A stretch of 63,921 nt of DNA, counting the filler, from Octopus bimaculoides (taxonomy: Eukaryota): the NCBI RefSeq assembly GCF_001194135.2. It is 3 parts of 3 records of this genome, joined end to end, with 100 filler letters (N's around TTAATTAATTAA, not from the genome) between each part and the next. Parts side by side here need not be neighbours in the genome. Positions count along the whole stretch, not along the records: positions 30,996 to 62,791 come from NC_068985.1; 2 more parts are not named here. One strand, written 5' to 3'. The position numbers and the translations under genes were made by a program. The notes below the pieces were generated by a model. That model saw nothing but the letters and a program-made list of their open reading frames with translations. It made no database searches and was not told the DNA's origin. Positions 37,927-51,350 of the stretch are shown one piece after another; positions within the stretch are counted from its first letter, which is position 1; each line of letters starts with the position of its first letter.

Positions 37927-38843
37927 TACAAGTACCTCTGATATTTTCATCTTGTGATAAATTAACCTTCAGTCATCTCGACGTTACAGCCCTAGCCAAC
38001 GAACAAGCGGTTATGCCTCTACCAGGTACGGGAAACCTTATATCGAGAAGCGAGCCGTATGTAGCATGGCTCATCAAGCGGACTGCACTACTAGAAGAAT
38101 TCATGGAAATTTTTCTTTAGCCTGACATTCAAGAAGTTCTGCAGGCTGCTGTTTGCCCACGATTGCTCTATATAGTCGTTTGACTAGCTAGAACTAACGA
38201 TTAGACCTCTATCGCAATCGTTTGACCTGTCATAAACATTGGAAGACGCATTATTTGCACACATTATTTACATTATTTACAAAAACAGAGAAAAATCTAT
38301 GTGAACACTAATAAAAAGATCTACAAGAAAACAACACCACCAACAACAACGATAATGACAGCCACTTGTTCACCGACACGATGTGCTTGCTCTGTTATCT
38401 TAACAGCCGCTACGCGGTCTCTGATCTTCTGGGCTTGTCAATTTTGTACAATTTTGCTTCAAACACTAACTCGATACCTCTTTATTTTTTCATCATTTCT
38501 GTTTTAATGTATCATTATTAATGGAGACTCATTAATCATATATAGTAACAATTAATTAATTAATATTTAGTTGTTTAATATGCGTCCGTTGATCCGTTCT
38601 ATGATAATGTGAAGACTTCTTTTGGTAAACAAGCTGTTATATATAAAAATGGAACTTGTAAATATACGTGTATGCATACATACATACATCGCCATTTTAT
38701 ATTTTTAATTTCGCATACAAAGTTGCACGCACATACAAACATACATACATACATACATGCATACATACATACAAACAAAAATACCTTGTTTTGATGTTGA
38801 AATTCCAATGAAGGAGCCTTGGATCTAGGTTAGAAACCGGTTC

Positions 38844-39080
38844 TTTCAGAGCCAGTATTGTAAGTTAACGATGTTTTATAAAGAACAAAATACGTCTATC
38901 AAACCAATGCGATCGACGATAAAAAAAAAAAAACTAGGTGAAGGCTGTACATGCATATTTCAGTAATCCTTGAAATGCGCACATTCATCCATTACTTACT
39001 TTTCTATATTCGATCGCATTATTGGTTACATAGATGTATTTGTTTACGAAACGCCGTATCTTACAGCACTGGCTCTGAAA
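38844..39080. mobile_element. MITE-like element with ~70-bp imperfect TIRs
   Basis: tttcagagccagt...aatgcgatcga versus tcgatcgcatt...actggctctgaaa. Confidence 0.75.
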
Positions 39081-40021
39081 TCTAAAGAAAATTTATAGAG
39101 ATAATCGTGGTTAGCAAGGGCGGGGATATGAAGCTATTGTGGGTAATAAATTCTGTTTAAATAATTTTGTGTGCTTCTAAGCTATCAGCACATGGCTTAT
39201 TAAATATTATATTATGCTTCACATACCATAAAATGTATTTAGTAAAGTCGAGACAACATTATATTTCGCAGTGGATTTAGGTATGGCCTAATGATTAATA
39301 TGTTCCCTTCATAATCATGAAATCCTTGAGCTTATCCTCTTAAGTAGCAATCCTCTTTTGTTATATCCTCGGATGTATCCAAGTCTTGTGACTGAAATAG
39401 GATACATAGAAATAGAAACTGAGATCGAATCAGCCATAGTATAAATTGTTGCTTTAATCTAGAGATCAAGCCCTGTGATGTTGCAACACGCTGATTCGAG
39501 TTGAAAGTTGCATCTAATGTACACGTGTTTGCAATACTCGTACATTTACACATTAGTATGATGTGTAGGTCGATCGAACAATTCAATGTTAGTCATCATC
39601 GAACCCAATTGAAGATTCAACATAACGCTCTCATTGTCTTTTATTTACCAAAAATAAATCGAGGGGAGGGAAACCCCTGCAGTTTATCGCATTGATATCA
39701 ATGTCAGTTTTGTTGTTTTTTATGACAATGAGATTACATCACTCTATTTGCTTCTCATACACTGTAGCAAAATATGAACCGGAACAATGCAGATTCTTTA
39801 GCGATGATATTAATGCCAATTAGTGCCTCTGTGCGCATGTGTGAGTGCGCGCGCGCGTGAAGCGGGAGTAAATTGAGTGAAATATTATATCAAGTAGAAA
39901 GCAAAGCATGCATGTAACCGTATCGACGACTCGGTTTCAAGGTCACATTTATTTTGAAAGCTCATGTTACCTCATTTACACAACTAAGTTCCTTAAGGGG
40001 AGAGAGAAAGAAAGCGAGAAG

Positions 40022-40072
<51 letters not shown>

Positions 40073-40820
40073 TGAGAGAGAGAGAGAGAGAGGAAAGAAT
40101 GGGAACGAGAGAGAGAAAGAGAGATGGAGGACATATCTCCATTAAAAGTAAATAACTCTGTACTTGAAAGTGCATAGACCCGACATGAAATGCTTATACG
40201 TCAAAAAATAATGTAATTCATTAATGGTTCGTGATCTTGCCATGAGGCCCACACATTTTCAGGGAGATATGCAATGGATTAGATCAACCTTTTGTTCTTG
40301 ATTAGTTTTTATTTTATTAACTCAAACAAATTTGATGCCAGGAACTAAAAGAGGTGTTTGAATGTATGAGATTTTCAGTCATTGAATATATTTCCTGGCA
40401 CCATCATGTCAAACGACCGCCTGCGATTTCCTAATCAAGCTCAAAGTGCTTCTCGTGGTAATATATTAAATCTCACGTGGATCATGACTGACATACCTCA
40501 TGCCGTAATATCACGTGATCACGTGACCGACCACATCGCTGATCACAATGTGCTTTTGCATTGTTTTAGCCTTCAAATGACGCCACCTCACTGGCTAGGT
40601 GAGCAAGCCACATACCTTAATATACGTCTGATGTATCCACAACAAAATAAAACGATATCAAAAAGCACAAAACAAAGCACACCGTGCTATATGCTAATCA
40701 TAGAACACGTCCAAAAACCAGCTACAAGACACCGTCCTCTCGGCTGCAGCTAATTCTCACAAGAGAAAGAGGAAAAGTGTGTATGTGTGAATGTGCGCGT
40801 ATGTGTGTGAGGGAGAGTGG

Positions 40821-40868
<48 letters not shown>

Positions 40869-42059
40869 GAAAGAGTGAGAAGGAGAGAGAGAGAAAACGA
40901 AGAACCGGTCTCAGTATTTGACCTTTATTCTATGCACCGGTCACATTTAGCATTGTTTTTCGTTCAATGCTTAGTAAAGGAGGAGTTTCGTTCTGTCTGA
41001 CCAACAGGCCGAAACAACAATACAGTGGAATTTTTCTTTTATGACCGGCTATTTTTATGATCACCTTTACACCTTCATTGTCAACGCGTTTTGCCTGTTG
41101 GCACATCGAAGGTTAACGGCCCTTCAGCCATATTGCCTATTTGGTCTATTTCATAATTTGTTTCCATATTTCCATTAAATGCATATTTACGAAATTCTAA
41201 GAATTTCACTTTGTATTCTTCAAGCATCTTCTGAGAAATCAAGGTCTTTATTATCATTACTTAATCTCTTCGTGCCTAATCTCTTCTGAAATGGCAAAAC
41301 AGATTGAAATCCGTCTGACTCATCTATTTCCCTTCTCTGCCTATCTGCGTATCTCTCACACCATCATTTTCGTTGAGCGGTACAATCCAAACTCCATTGA
41401 TTATATAACCATTATTTTATGTTTCTTTTCAGTTATGGGAATTTTGATTCTTTATAACAAAGCCCATGTTTGTTCTTCATTTCCGTTTTCTTAAATGCCC
41501 TCTCCTGTTTTCTCCATTCACAAATCATTTTTTTTTCTTTTCATTAAACAGTGGCCCATACTTACGCTCAGCTGTTTGGTTGTCATGTTGTTATTTTGTT
41601 AAAAATCAACAACATGTAAACTGTATATGCCTGTCTTTTTTGCCTGGTTACTATTATGTAATGCCGCAAAGAGATATCAGCTGACTAAACTGACAAACAA
41701 CAGATGGCATCTGGTTCGGTTGTATTTCAGCCTTCCGCAAATGCCGAATGAGGTATTTACTACTACCGATTTACTATCTACCAAACAAAGTAGATCTTGT
41801 TTAACAACCGGATATGTAAACCCGTCTAAGCTCCTTACTAACCACTATAAAATACATTATCAAAGAGTAATAAATAATGTAATTTTATTAAAATGAAATT
41901 GATAATCACCCGAGTCCGAGAAAGGCGGCTCTGCAATTTCTTGTTGAATAAACTGCATATACAAAATGATACGTTTATAGGGATCAAATGGTCGTGCTGC
42001 ACATTAGCTCACTCCCTTGCACCAAATCGACATTGCTAGGACAGGTACACACTCAGGTG

Positions 42060-42210
42060 TGCCACATATCAGCTGTCGAAGTGATCGCAGAGCAGCGTGA
42101 CGTGAAGGGTTTTGCTCAAGAACAAGACACACAGATCGGTCTGGGAATCGAATCCACGATCATACGATAGTGAGTGCAACACCCAAACCACTAAGCTATG
42201 CACCTTCACA
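42060..42210 (-). mobile_element. tRNA-derived SINE head (B2-related); a similar head lies at 34440-34552
   Basis: Reverse complement gives gtgaaggtgcatagcttagtggtttgggtg...gattcgattcccagacc...cttgagcaaaaccctt. Confidence 0.7.
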
Positions 42211-42603
42211 TGTAATCATGATATTAGGATACGCATTGATATGGTATGTGAATTGAAACTAGAATTTTATGACTAGACTAGTATCATTTTTTTGTTTGTT
42301 TGTTTGTTAGGACTTGACCCTGTTAGGATCTTCATAAGTTAATGTTTTAGTGCCAGGACGCTGGGTGATTTGAGAAACCCGTTTTTCCCCCAGTAAAAAG
42401 TGCACTTTATAAGCCAGGAAATACGTTATATATAAAATATTTTCAACTACATATATTCATGGCAAAATATTTTTGTCTACCCGCTTTGAGCCCTCAATAA
42501 CATCTTTTTAATTGCATTAAGTATCTTTTGGGTTTCCTGAGCAGTTATTTCGGCGGCATTGATAGTAATATATGCATATTTATGCGTGCACATACACACA
42601 CAC

Positions 42604-42638
<35 letters not shown>

Positions 42639-43145
42639 CGTGCGCGCGTATATGCATTAACGCTATTAGAAAACGAAAGAGATATACATTTAATGATTCT
42701 CTCAGTAAAATAGAACTGACGTATCCGGGTTTTACGTGGCAAATGATTTGTTGAAACGGGGTCATTATCATTCATTGCACAAATACGCATTGACTTTCTG
42801 TTATGTAATAGCTTTCCAGCCGAACGTTATTAAATGTTTCGTTATCAGATCGTCATATAGCTGTAAACCAATGATTCATTAGCGACAGCAAGGAATTCGG
42901 CCGGCAGACGGAACTTTATAAAATTAAATAAACAAATAGAACAGATATATGAAAGAAATTCAGTGCGGTGCCAAGTTTTAGGCTAATAATAGTTTAATCG
43001 TTACCAAAACAAAAACAAAAACAAATACGTGCCATTCTCAAGACTCTTAGAGTTTAAGTAACCGTTTGATCTTGCTAAAAATAGCAGCTAAATTTCCCTC
43101 GAATCCTTATCTTACAAAAAGAAATTGGGAATTATACAGTCGAGA

Positions 43146-43332
43146 GATGGCGGCGGGCTGGCAGATCCGTTAGCACACCGGTCAAAATGCTTAGTGGCAT
43201 TTCGTCCGTCTGCTTAATTTTGCCTTTTATTCTTTTGGAGTCGATAAAATAAGTACCAGTTTAATATTGGGGTTGATGAAACCGACTTAGCCCCTTCCCC
43301 GAAACTGCTGGCCTTGTGCTGAAATTTGAAAG
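43146..43332 (+). mobile_element. SINE family A (internal deletion)
   Basis: ggcggcgggctggcagatccgttagcac...gtcgataaaataagtaccag...gaaatttgaaa. Confidence 0.85.
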
Positions 43333-43365
43333 CAATGATACATTGGTGAATGTAGAAGGAGATAT

Positions 43366-43927
43366 ACTCTTTTACTTGTTTCAGTCATTTGACTGTGGCC
43401 ATGCTGAAGCACCGCCTTTAGTCGAGCAAATCGACCCTAGGACTTATTCTTTGTAAGCCTAGTATTTATTCTATAGGTGTCTTTTGCCGAACCGCTAAGT
43501 TACGGAGACGTAAACACACCAGCATCGGTTGTCAAACGATGTTGGGGGGACAAACACAGACACACAAACATATAGACACACACACACACANNNNNNNNNN
43601 NNNNNNNNNNNNNNNNNNNNNNNNNNNNNNNNNNNNNNNNNNNNNNNNNNNNNNNNNNNNNNNNNNNNNNNNNNNNNNNNNNNNNNNNNNNNNNNNNNNN
43701 NNNNNNNNNNNNNNNNNNNNNNNNNNNNNNNNNNNNNATATATATATATATATACATATATATACGACGGGCTTCTTTCAGTTTCCGTCTACCAAATCCA
43801 CTCACAATGCTTTGGTTGGCCCGAGGCTATAGTAGAAGACACTTGCCCAAGGTGCCACGCAGTGCGACTGAACCTAGAACCATGTAGTTGGTAAGCAAGC
43901 TACTTACCACACAGTCACTCCTGCGCC
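43366..43927 (-). mobile_element. SINE family C, full length; the internal microsatellite contains gap 43591-43737
   Basis: Both halves are intact around the gap. Confidence 0.93.
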
Positions 43928-44032
43928 TATCACATTAAAATTTGATGGTCGTGGTTGGAAAGTGTTTGATCGGAGCTGACGCAGGGCTAAACAATAACAA
44001 ATTGAACGTTACAACTTCGTGTGCTGCTACTA

Positions 44033-44359
44033 GGAGGAGCACTCCGTCGGTTGCGACGATGAGAGTCCCAGCTGACACGATCAACGGAGCAGCTTGCTCG
44101 TGAAATTAAGGTGCAAGTGACTGAGCAATCCACAGACACGTGTACCCCTAATCTAGTTTCAGGGAGATTCGGCGTGATACAGAGTGTGACAAGGTCTGCC
44201 CCTTTGAAATACAGGTACTACTCATTTTTGCCAGCTGAGTGAACTGGTGCAACGTGAAATAAAGTGTCTTGCTCAAGGACACAACGCGTCGCCGGGAATT
44301 GAACTCACGACCTTACGATCATGAGCCGAATGCCCTAACCACTAAGCCACGCGTCTTCA
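44033..44359 (-). mobile_element. SINE family B2, full length (reference copy)
   Basis: Head gtgaagacgcgtggcttagtggttagggcattcggc...gagttcaattccc; core tgtgtccttgagcaagacactt; 9-bp TSD ctgctacta at 44024-44032 and 44360-44368. Confidence 0.93.
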
Positions 44360-44635
44360 CTGCTACTAACACAATTTGGGACATCCTATTACATGATGAC
44401 TAAGCAAAAATCGTATCAGGCTATATTGGTGAGAGATGGGCAGAAACTCAGCATCACACATAACAATATTTCATAAAAGGATGGATGGCCCCACAGTAAG
44501 ATCGACGATTATTTAGCAATAGCGTGTGGGGACTTAAGCACACTTACTCATAATTCAGTCTGTTCTGGAATCCGTCGATTACTGGTGACCCTAACTCCTG
44601 CTCTTGTAGGTTAACAACAAGCTGGAATAAATCTA

Positions 44636-44856
44636 ATAATCCTTTCTACTGGAAACACAAAGCCCCAAATTCTTAGTGGGAAGGGAATAGTCGATTATTC
44701 CGATCCCAGTGTTTCACTGGTACTTAATTTATCGACCCTTGAAAGGATGAAAGACAAAGTCGACCTCGGCGGAATTTGAAGTCAGAAGATAGTGACGGGC
44801 GAAATGCCACGAAGCATTTCATCCAGCGCGCTAACGATTCTGCCAGCTCGCCGCCC
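44636..44856 (-). mobile_element. SINE family A, full length
   Basis: gaaaggatgaaagacaaagtcgacctcggcggaatttgaa...ctgccagctcgccgcc. Confidence 0.92.
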
Positions 44857-45359
44857 TAGTAAATCTAATAATGGCATAACTTCTTATTGTCAGTCTGGTT
44901 ATTTCAGTTTGCCAAAGTTTTGGTAGTTATAATTTGGGTCTTGATAAGAGAGGGGTTTTTAAGTGTAAAACTATCCTAGGAATTTTCAACGATTAAGCAT
45001 CAAATCCGGGTTTAAGCTAATCATGGGCAACATACAGCCCACGGGACCTTCTGATTGGCACGTTGAACGAAAAGTTATCTTGGGTTTTTTTTTTTTTTTT
45101 TTTTTTCAGTTTTCTGGCCCACCTGATGATGAGCCAGGTCTCATTGGGCCTGCTTCCCGAAAAATGTTGCGCTCGACGTTGGTCTAACCAAAGTAACTAT
45201 TACTGCTGCTGCCGTTGCTACCGCTGCTGCTATTAGTCGCTGTTTACTAAGCATCATGACAATCAAAACATCTGAGAAAAGTAGGGGTTACCATCTAATA
45301 AAAAATAAGGTTACCATCTAATAAAAGAGGGCATTAAAGAAAATGGAAATGAAAAACAA

Positions 45360-46770
45360 ACATGGACTTACTTACAGAACATCAAAAATGCCACGATTGA
45401 AAGAGTCGTGAAATTATGGCAACATAATGAACACATATATTTAAATCAAAACGAAATTTAAAAAAAAACATTATGTAGAGTGTTGTGCGGGAGTTATCAA
45501 TGACCTTGAAGGCTATAAAGCGGAATTCGCTAAAAGACGAGTTTATAAAAGAAACAAAAAGAGTAAATAAATGGTCAACAAGAGACAATAAGAAATGGCT
45601 CGGTACGAAAAAAAAAAAAAAAACCAAGACAGGAATATATACTCAACATGTGATGGCGTACTAATATATGCACAGAGGGTAGTTATACCGGAAACACCAC
45701 AAAAGAGAATGTTGAGAGAATTTCACGTCGAACATCCGAGTATTTCAAGGATGAAAGCGTTAACGCGCAGTTACGTATATTGGCCAAAGATGGACAAAGA
45801 AATCGAGAATTTGGTGAAAGGTTGTAGAGAATATGCTGTAGCAGCAAAATTACCCAATATAAAATGTGAACATCGACCAAAAGTAAATGTTTTGTGGTCG
45901 AAACTACACATTGATTTCGCTGGTCCTTTAAATGGTTCTTACTACTTTGTGGTAGTTGATAGTTTTTCAAAATGATCTGAAATTGTTAAGTGTTAAGAAA
46001 ATAACCTCTTCAACTGTGATAAATTTCTTAATACGAATTGTTTGCAAGATTTGGCATCCCAGATGCGATAGTGTCTGACAATGGTACGCAATTCGTGTCT
46101 AACGAATTCAAAAGACTTTGTGAAATGTTCGCGCTAGAACATATAACTACGGTGCCATACAATCCCAGATCTCATGGACAGGCATAACGCATTGTTGACA
46201 CCTTCAAAAGAGCTTTAAGGAAATCAAATAAGGAAAGCACGGATGATGTAGCTCTTCAACAATTCTTAAGAGTGTACTGTGCAACACCAAATCCAAAAAA
46301 AACCAGCAGGTAGCTCACTAGCCGAGCTGATGTTTGCAAGGAAAGTAAAGTCAGTTATTGATATATTGCTACCTGGCAAGAAAAGAAAAATGCCAGGGAA
46401 GGCAAAGCAAGATTTTTTAAAGTTGGTGATAAGGTGTGTATGAGAACATACAAGAATGGAAAGCAGAACTGGGAAGAGGGCAAAATTACCAAATACAAAG
46501 GTAAAATGATGTATTGGCTAACAACTAGAAAAGGCATACAAAAGAGACACGGGAACCATCTGAGAAAGAGACTCGTTGAATGCGAACCAAGGAAGTTCGC
46601 GGAACCCATAGGATTGTACGATACGTTCCAAGTACCTACGCCACTGCAAGTGATTGAACCCACGTGCACAAGTGAGAGGAAAAGAAAATATACAGAGTTC
46701 CTGAAAATAGATGCCAAGAGAAAAAAACTTAAATTGTACGAAAAAAATCAAAAATGGGACGAGGAGTGAA
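45360..46770 (+). mobile_element. Ty3/Gypsy (Mag-like) LTR retrotransposon pol 3' region, integrase pseudogene
   Basis: RVVIP...FHVEHPSISRMKALTRSYVYWPKMDKEIE..VKGC (HHCC zinc region); LHIDFAGP; VSDNGTQF; YNPRSHGQA*R (catalytic Glu replaced by a stop); frameshifts. Confidence 0.92.
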
Positions 46771-46824
46771 TAAAAATATCATTGCTAAATAAAATGACAC
46801 TGCCTAAGAAAATCTTAAAAGAGG

Positions 46825-47041
46825 TGTTATAAGGAATTAGTACACCCCTCCCACGTGACAAGTGGAATGAGAAGCCACTATAATTAAGGTGACGTCGGCC
46901 AGTATCAGGGAATATGTGGAATACGTAGAGTAACGAGAGTACGTACAGACTATGTTGATAGTCATGTCTGTACTGATATAGTAATTATACTGAGATACTG
47001 GGTGGGTGTTATATCGATCCAACCTTTTGAAGATAATAACA
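46825..47041 (+). repeat. Putative 3' LTR of the Gypsy element (217 bp)
   Basis: Purine tract aaaagagg at 46817-46824 immediately precedes TGTTAT; ends ATAACA (6-bp terminal inverted repeat). No partner LTR in the window. Confidence 0.6.
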
Positions 47042-47601
47042 TTGTTACAACTGGGGCGGGGGGGTCATACAGTGCCGGATAGGAACATCCTATCGACGAC
47101 TTCCGTAGATAATGATATTCTGTCAGAACAACAACCGTCGCAGGATATAACACTAAGTGAAATGGAGCAACGTGAAATAAAGTGTCTTGCTCANNNNNNN
47201 NNNNNNNNNNNNNNNNNNNNNNNNNNNNNNNNNNNNNNNNNNNNNNNNNNNNNNNNNNNNNNNNNNNNNNNNNNNNNNNNNNNNNNNNNNNNNNNNNNNN
47301 NNNNNNNNNNNNNNNNNNNNNNNNNNNNNNNNNNNNNNNNNNNNNNNNNNNNNNNNNNNNNNNNNNNNNNNNNNNNNNNNNNNNNNNNNNNNNNNNNNNN
47401 NNNNNNNNNNNNNNNNNNNNNNNNNNNNNNNNNNNNNNNNNNNNNNNNNNNNNNNNNNNNNNNNNNNNNNNNNNNNNNNNNNNNNNNNNNNNNNNNNNNN
47501 NNNNNNNNNNNNNNNNNNNNNNNNNNNNNNNNNNNNNNNNNNNNNNNNNNNNNNNNNNNNNNNNNNNNNNATATACGTACATGCATGCACACACTCGTGC
47601 G

Positions 47602-47665
<64 letters not shown>

Positions 47666-48337
47666 CAGATATAGGCAGGATCAGAAAACGCAGTATGTTG
47701 TGATATGAATGTTGTTGCTGTTGTACTTTATACTTCATATCATTTCCCGACCATCCCGTATATTTTCTCCATAGGCACAGTGTATCTAGGATTACGTTAT
47801 TCACTTTGTACTTTTAGAAGAGACTGCAGGATGTTGTTTGAGCCATATTTAGTTCTGACGCGTACAACATTTTACGCTGTGTAATGATGTATCTGAATAA
47901 TTTTATAGAACTTAGGTGGATTTTCCGATGAATCCCTAACCAGTAACAGTTCCGGTTTGAAATTACTAGGTATATCCTCGTGACTAATACCCCGAAAAAC
48001 AGCATGAGCGCTGCATGTTCTTATAAACGTCATCGCCTTTGAATATCGTAGGAAATACTTTTTCATGCCATGGAACTGTATTAAAAGCTGCAGAAGATCC
48101 ATAGATGAGACGAAGTAGGATGTGTTTATTTTATTTTAGCTTTTTATTATTTCTGATAAGATGTTTCCAAGAAATCATTAATCTTCACACATTTTCAGTT
48201 TAAGGGAATAGGAAAATTTCGACATTTTGATTTGATTGCTGTTGCTGTTGTTNNNNNNNNNNNNNNNNNNNNNNNNNNNNNNNNNNNNNNNNNNNNNNNN
48301 NNNNNNNNNNNNNNNNNNNNNNNNNNNNNNNNNNNNN

Positions 48338-48662
48338 TTTCGATTCCCAGACCGGGCGTTGTGAGTGTTTATTGAGCGAAAACACCTGAAGTTCCACGAG
48401 GCTCCGGCAGTGGATGGTGGCGAACCCTGCTGTACTCTTCCACCACAACTTTCTCGCACTCTTACTTCCTGTTTCTGTTGTGCCTGTAATTCAAAGGGTC
48501 AGCCTTGTCACACTGTGTCACGCTAAATATCCCCGAGAACTACGTTAAGGGTACACGTGTCTGTGGAGTGCTCAGCCACTTGCACGTTAATTTCACGAGC
48601 AGGCTGTTCCGTTGATCGGATCAACTGAAACCCTCGACGTCGTAAGCAACGGAGTGCCAACA
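48338..48662 (+). mobile_element. SINE family B (5' end in gap)
   Basis: Near-identical to 13733-14125. Confidence 0.93.
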
Positions 48663-49975
48663 CTTTTAGAAGAGGCTGCAGGATATTGTTATAGGAATAT
48701 TGAGTTCTTTATTCTAATTGGTCCATTTTGTGTTGTGTAATGGTATTGGCATCGAAGATTACATTATGAAATGTGTCCTCGTTTTCTTCCTTCTGCTTTT
48801 TTTTCTTTTTTCAGACAGTGCATTATCATTTGAGGGAAATTTGGCTGCAGTTTTAGTAGAAGAAGCAGCTACACTGGGGCTTTCTCATTGGTCGAGTGAC
48901 ATCGTAGAGCATTTTTGTCTGGTTGGGTGACGTATGTAGTTGAACTTGAATTCATGCAACGATATAGGTAGATATGAGTTAGTTTTTCCCATTGACTGCA
49001 ATAAAATAAGGGAGACAATGAAAATGATGCTTGTACATTGTGGGTTTACTACCATTATGCTTTGTTTTTCTCTTTATACATCAAATCAGAAAAATCTGAT
49101 TTTTAATTCTCTGCCTCATATAACCGTAGAGTTCACAGTGGACAACAAGGGAACGTAAGTTTTAAATCAAGTCTTTTGAATGGATAAGTGTTTAAACTTT
49201 CCCAAGACAAGAATAAATATGCTGTTTTGCCAAAACAAAAAAGAAGAAAAAAGTTTGATGCTTATATCTTTAACAATAACATTTTTACGACTATTCAAAT
49301 TTAATTAAAGCAGGAAAATTTTATTTGAATTTGAGTTAAAAATTAAATGAGAACGCAGGGAAAACATTTTAGTTGCCATTCTTGATATGAGAAATTTGTT
49401 TTAAACCCCATAATTGCAAATACTTCCGGTTTTAAAGAGAGGAGGCAAATGGTAGCAGCAAATGTGAGGAAATTTTGTTTGTGATTTGCTACAGAATTTC
49501 AAAACATCTGAGTTTGCATTTCATATATAAAAAATTGAACCGATTCAACCAATGGCGAATTTATGTACTTAATCTATGACAAATGCACTAAGTTACATCA
49601 ATTTTAAAAGCACTGAGAAAATCTCTCTTGGAGCCCAAAGAAGAAAAAACAAACCGATATGTAATGAAACCCAAGATCCACACGAAAAATTCAACGCAAC
49701 AAATTTTGTATCCACGGTCTTCAGCTCTAAATTTCAATATAGAAAATTCGCAAACGAGCTTCTAAAAACCAAATTAGATGGATGTCATACAAATTTCCCC
49801 CTGATCGGGTAGGTAGATGTAAGGTTTGTATGAAGTAGTAATTTGTAATTCAAGAGAGCTGTTTTGCATTCAGGAAATATCCCACCGAACTCAACTACTG
49901 GATCAGCAACAACAAAATTTATCATTCTTTAAGAGGTATCGATAAAGCCTGTATTTTAGAAATATACTACCCATA

Positions 49976-50356
49976 GGCGCAGGAGTAGCTGTGTGGTAAG
50001 TAGTTTGCTTATCAACCACATGGTTCCAGGTTCAGTTCCACTGCGTGGCACCGACCAAACCCATGTGTGTGGATTGGTAGACGGAAACTGAAAGAAGCCC
50101 GTCGTATATATGTATATGTATATATGTATATATATATATGTGTGTGTGTGTTTGTGCGTCTGTGTTTGTCCCCCCAATATCGCTTGACAACCGAAGCTGG
50201 TGTGTTTACGTCCCCGTAACTTGGCGGTTCGGCAAAAGAGACCGATAGAATAAGCCCTGAGGTCGATTTACTCGACTAAAGGCGGTGCTCCAGCATGGCC
50301 GCACTCAAATGACTGAAACAAGTAAAAGAGTAAAAGAGTAAAAGAGTAAAAGAGTA
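49976..50356 (+). mobile_element. SINE family C, full length with small deletions
   Basis: gcgcaggagtagctgtgtggtaag head, internal (TA)(TG) tract, (gtaaaaga)n tail. Confidence 0.92.
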
Positions 50357-50984
50357 TACCCTACAAAAAGGAGAAGGAAAACATTGTGTTCGGCCATGAC
50401 ATTATAGCAACCACTCAAATGTTAAGTAACGAAACTAACTTCCATTGTCATCGATTTAAGTTTCTACCAGATTTTTATTTCAGAAATAGGTGTAATGATC
50501 TTATAGGCTACCCTTATCTCCTTATCTCCTTCCTGCATTAATTTCAGGATTACTGGAAACTCACAATGTGTCAACAACGTAGCGTTTTGAGTGAATTTAC
50601 GTGGTAGATTGGTTCGAAAAGATCGTATGATTTCATGACAGCCTTCCAGCCACAATTCATAAAGAGGCTTAAGTTCAAAATCACCGATTAGCTCGTTTAT
50701 TTCCTAACTGTGATCAGGAACCTTGTCTAAAACTGATCCATGTTGGTTCTGAATGTTTTATTACTCGTGAGAATGAATCGATAAGAAAAAATATAGATGA
50801 TTGCAAACCGTTTGATATCATTCTACATTTACTCTTTCATTCGAAAAAATGATTCGTATAATAATTGAAAGTTGCAGAATATACCTCGAAAAGATGGCTT
50901 CCCAAGCCTCGTTTTCAATACAGATTATTAAATGGTGACGTTTATTAACTTCTATATTTTATTTGTTTCGGTTATTAGACTGCA

Positions 50985-51150
50985 TACATGCTGGGGCACC
51001 AGCTTGAAGAATTTTTAGTCGAATGAATCGACCCCTCTATTTATTTTTTAAGCCTGGTACTTATTCTATCGGCCTCTTTTATCGAATTGCTAAGTTACGG
51101 CGATGTAAACACACCATTACCGGTTGTCAAGTGGTAGCCGGGGCCAAACA
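50985..51150 (-). mobile_element. SINE family C, 3' half
   Basis: catgctggggcacc...ttattctatcggcctctttt..cgaattgctaagttacgg. Confidence 0.82.
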
Positions 51151-51277
51151 CTTACACAAACGCGCGCGCGCACACGCATGCACCCCCCCCCACACACACA
51201 CACGTACACACACGCACATATATACCTGAGAGTTACCACAGTAACCGCCTGGATAACATATCCTTTTAAACTTACCG

Positions 51278-51316
<39 letters not shown>

Positions 51317-51317
51317 G

Positions 51318-51350
<33 letters not shown>

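Noticed and set aside
41585-41620. Hairpin catgttgtt-atttt-gtta-aaaat-c-aacaacatg as a miRNA candidate
   Set aside because: The stem is only about 14 bp, too short for a pre-miRNA, and I recognise no conserved mature miRNA.
48780-48935. Apparent + strand exon (long polypyrimidine tract, AG, DSALSFEGNL...HFCLVG, GT)
   Set aside because: The minus strand is a copy of the dispersed repeat ta.aaa..gcagccaaat.tccctcaaat (also at ~31340, ~43065, ~23525); the pyrimidine tract is its A-rich tail.
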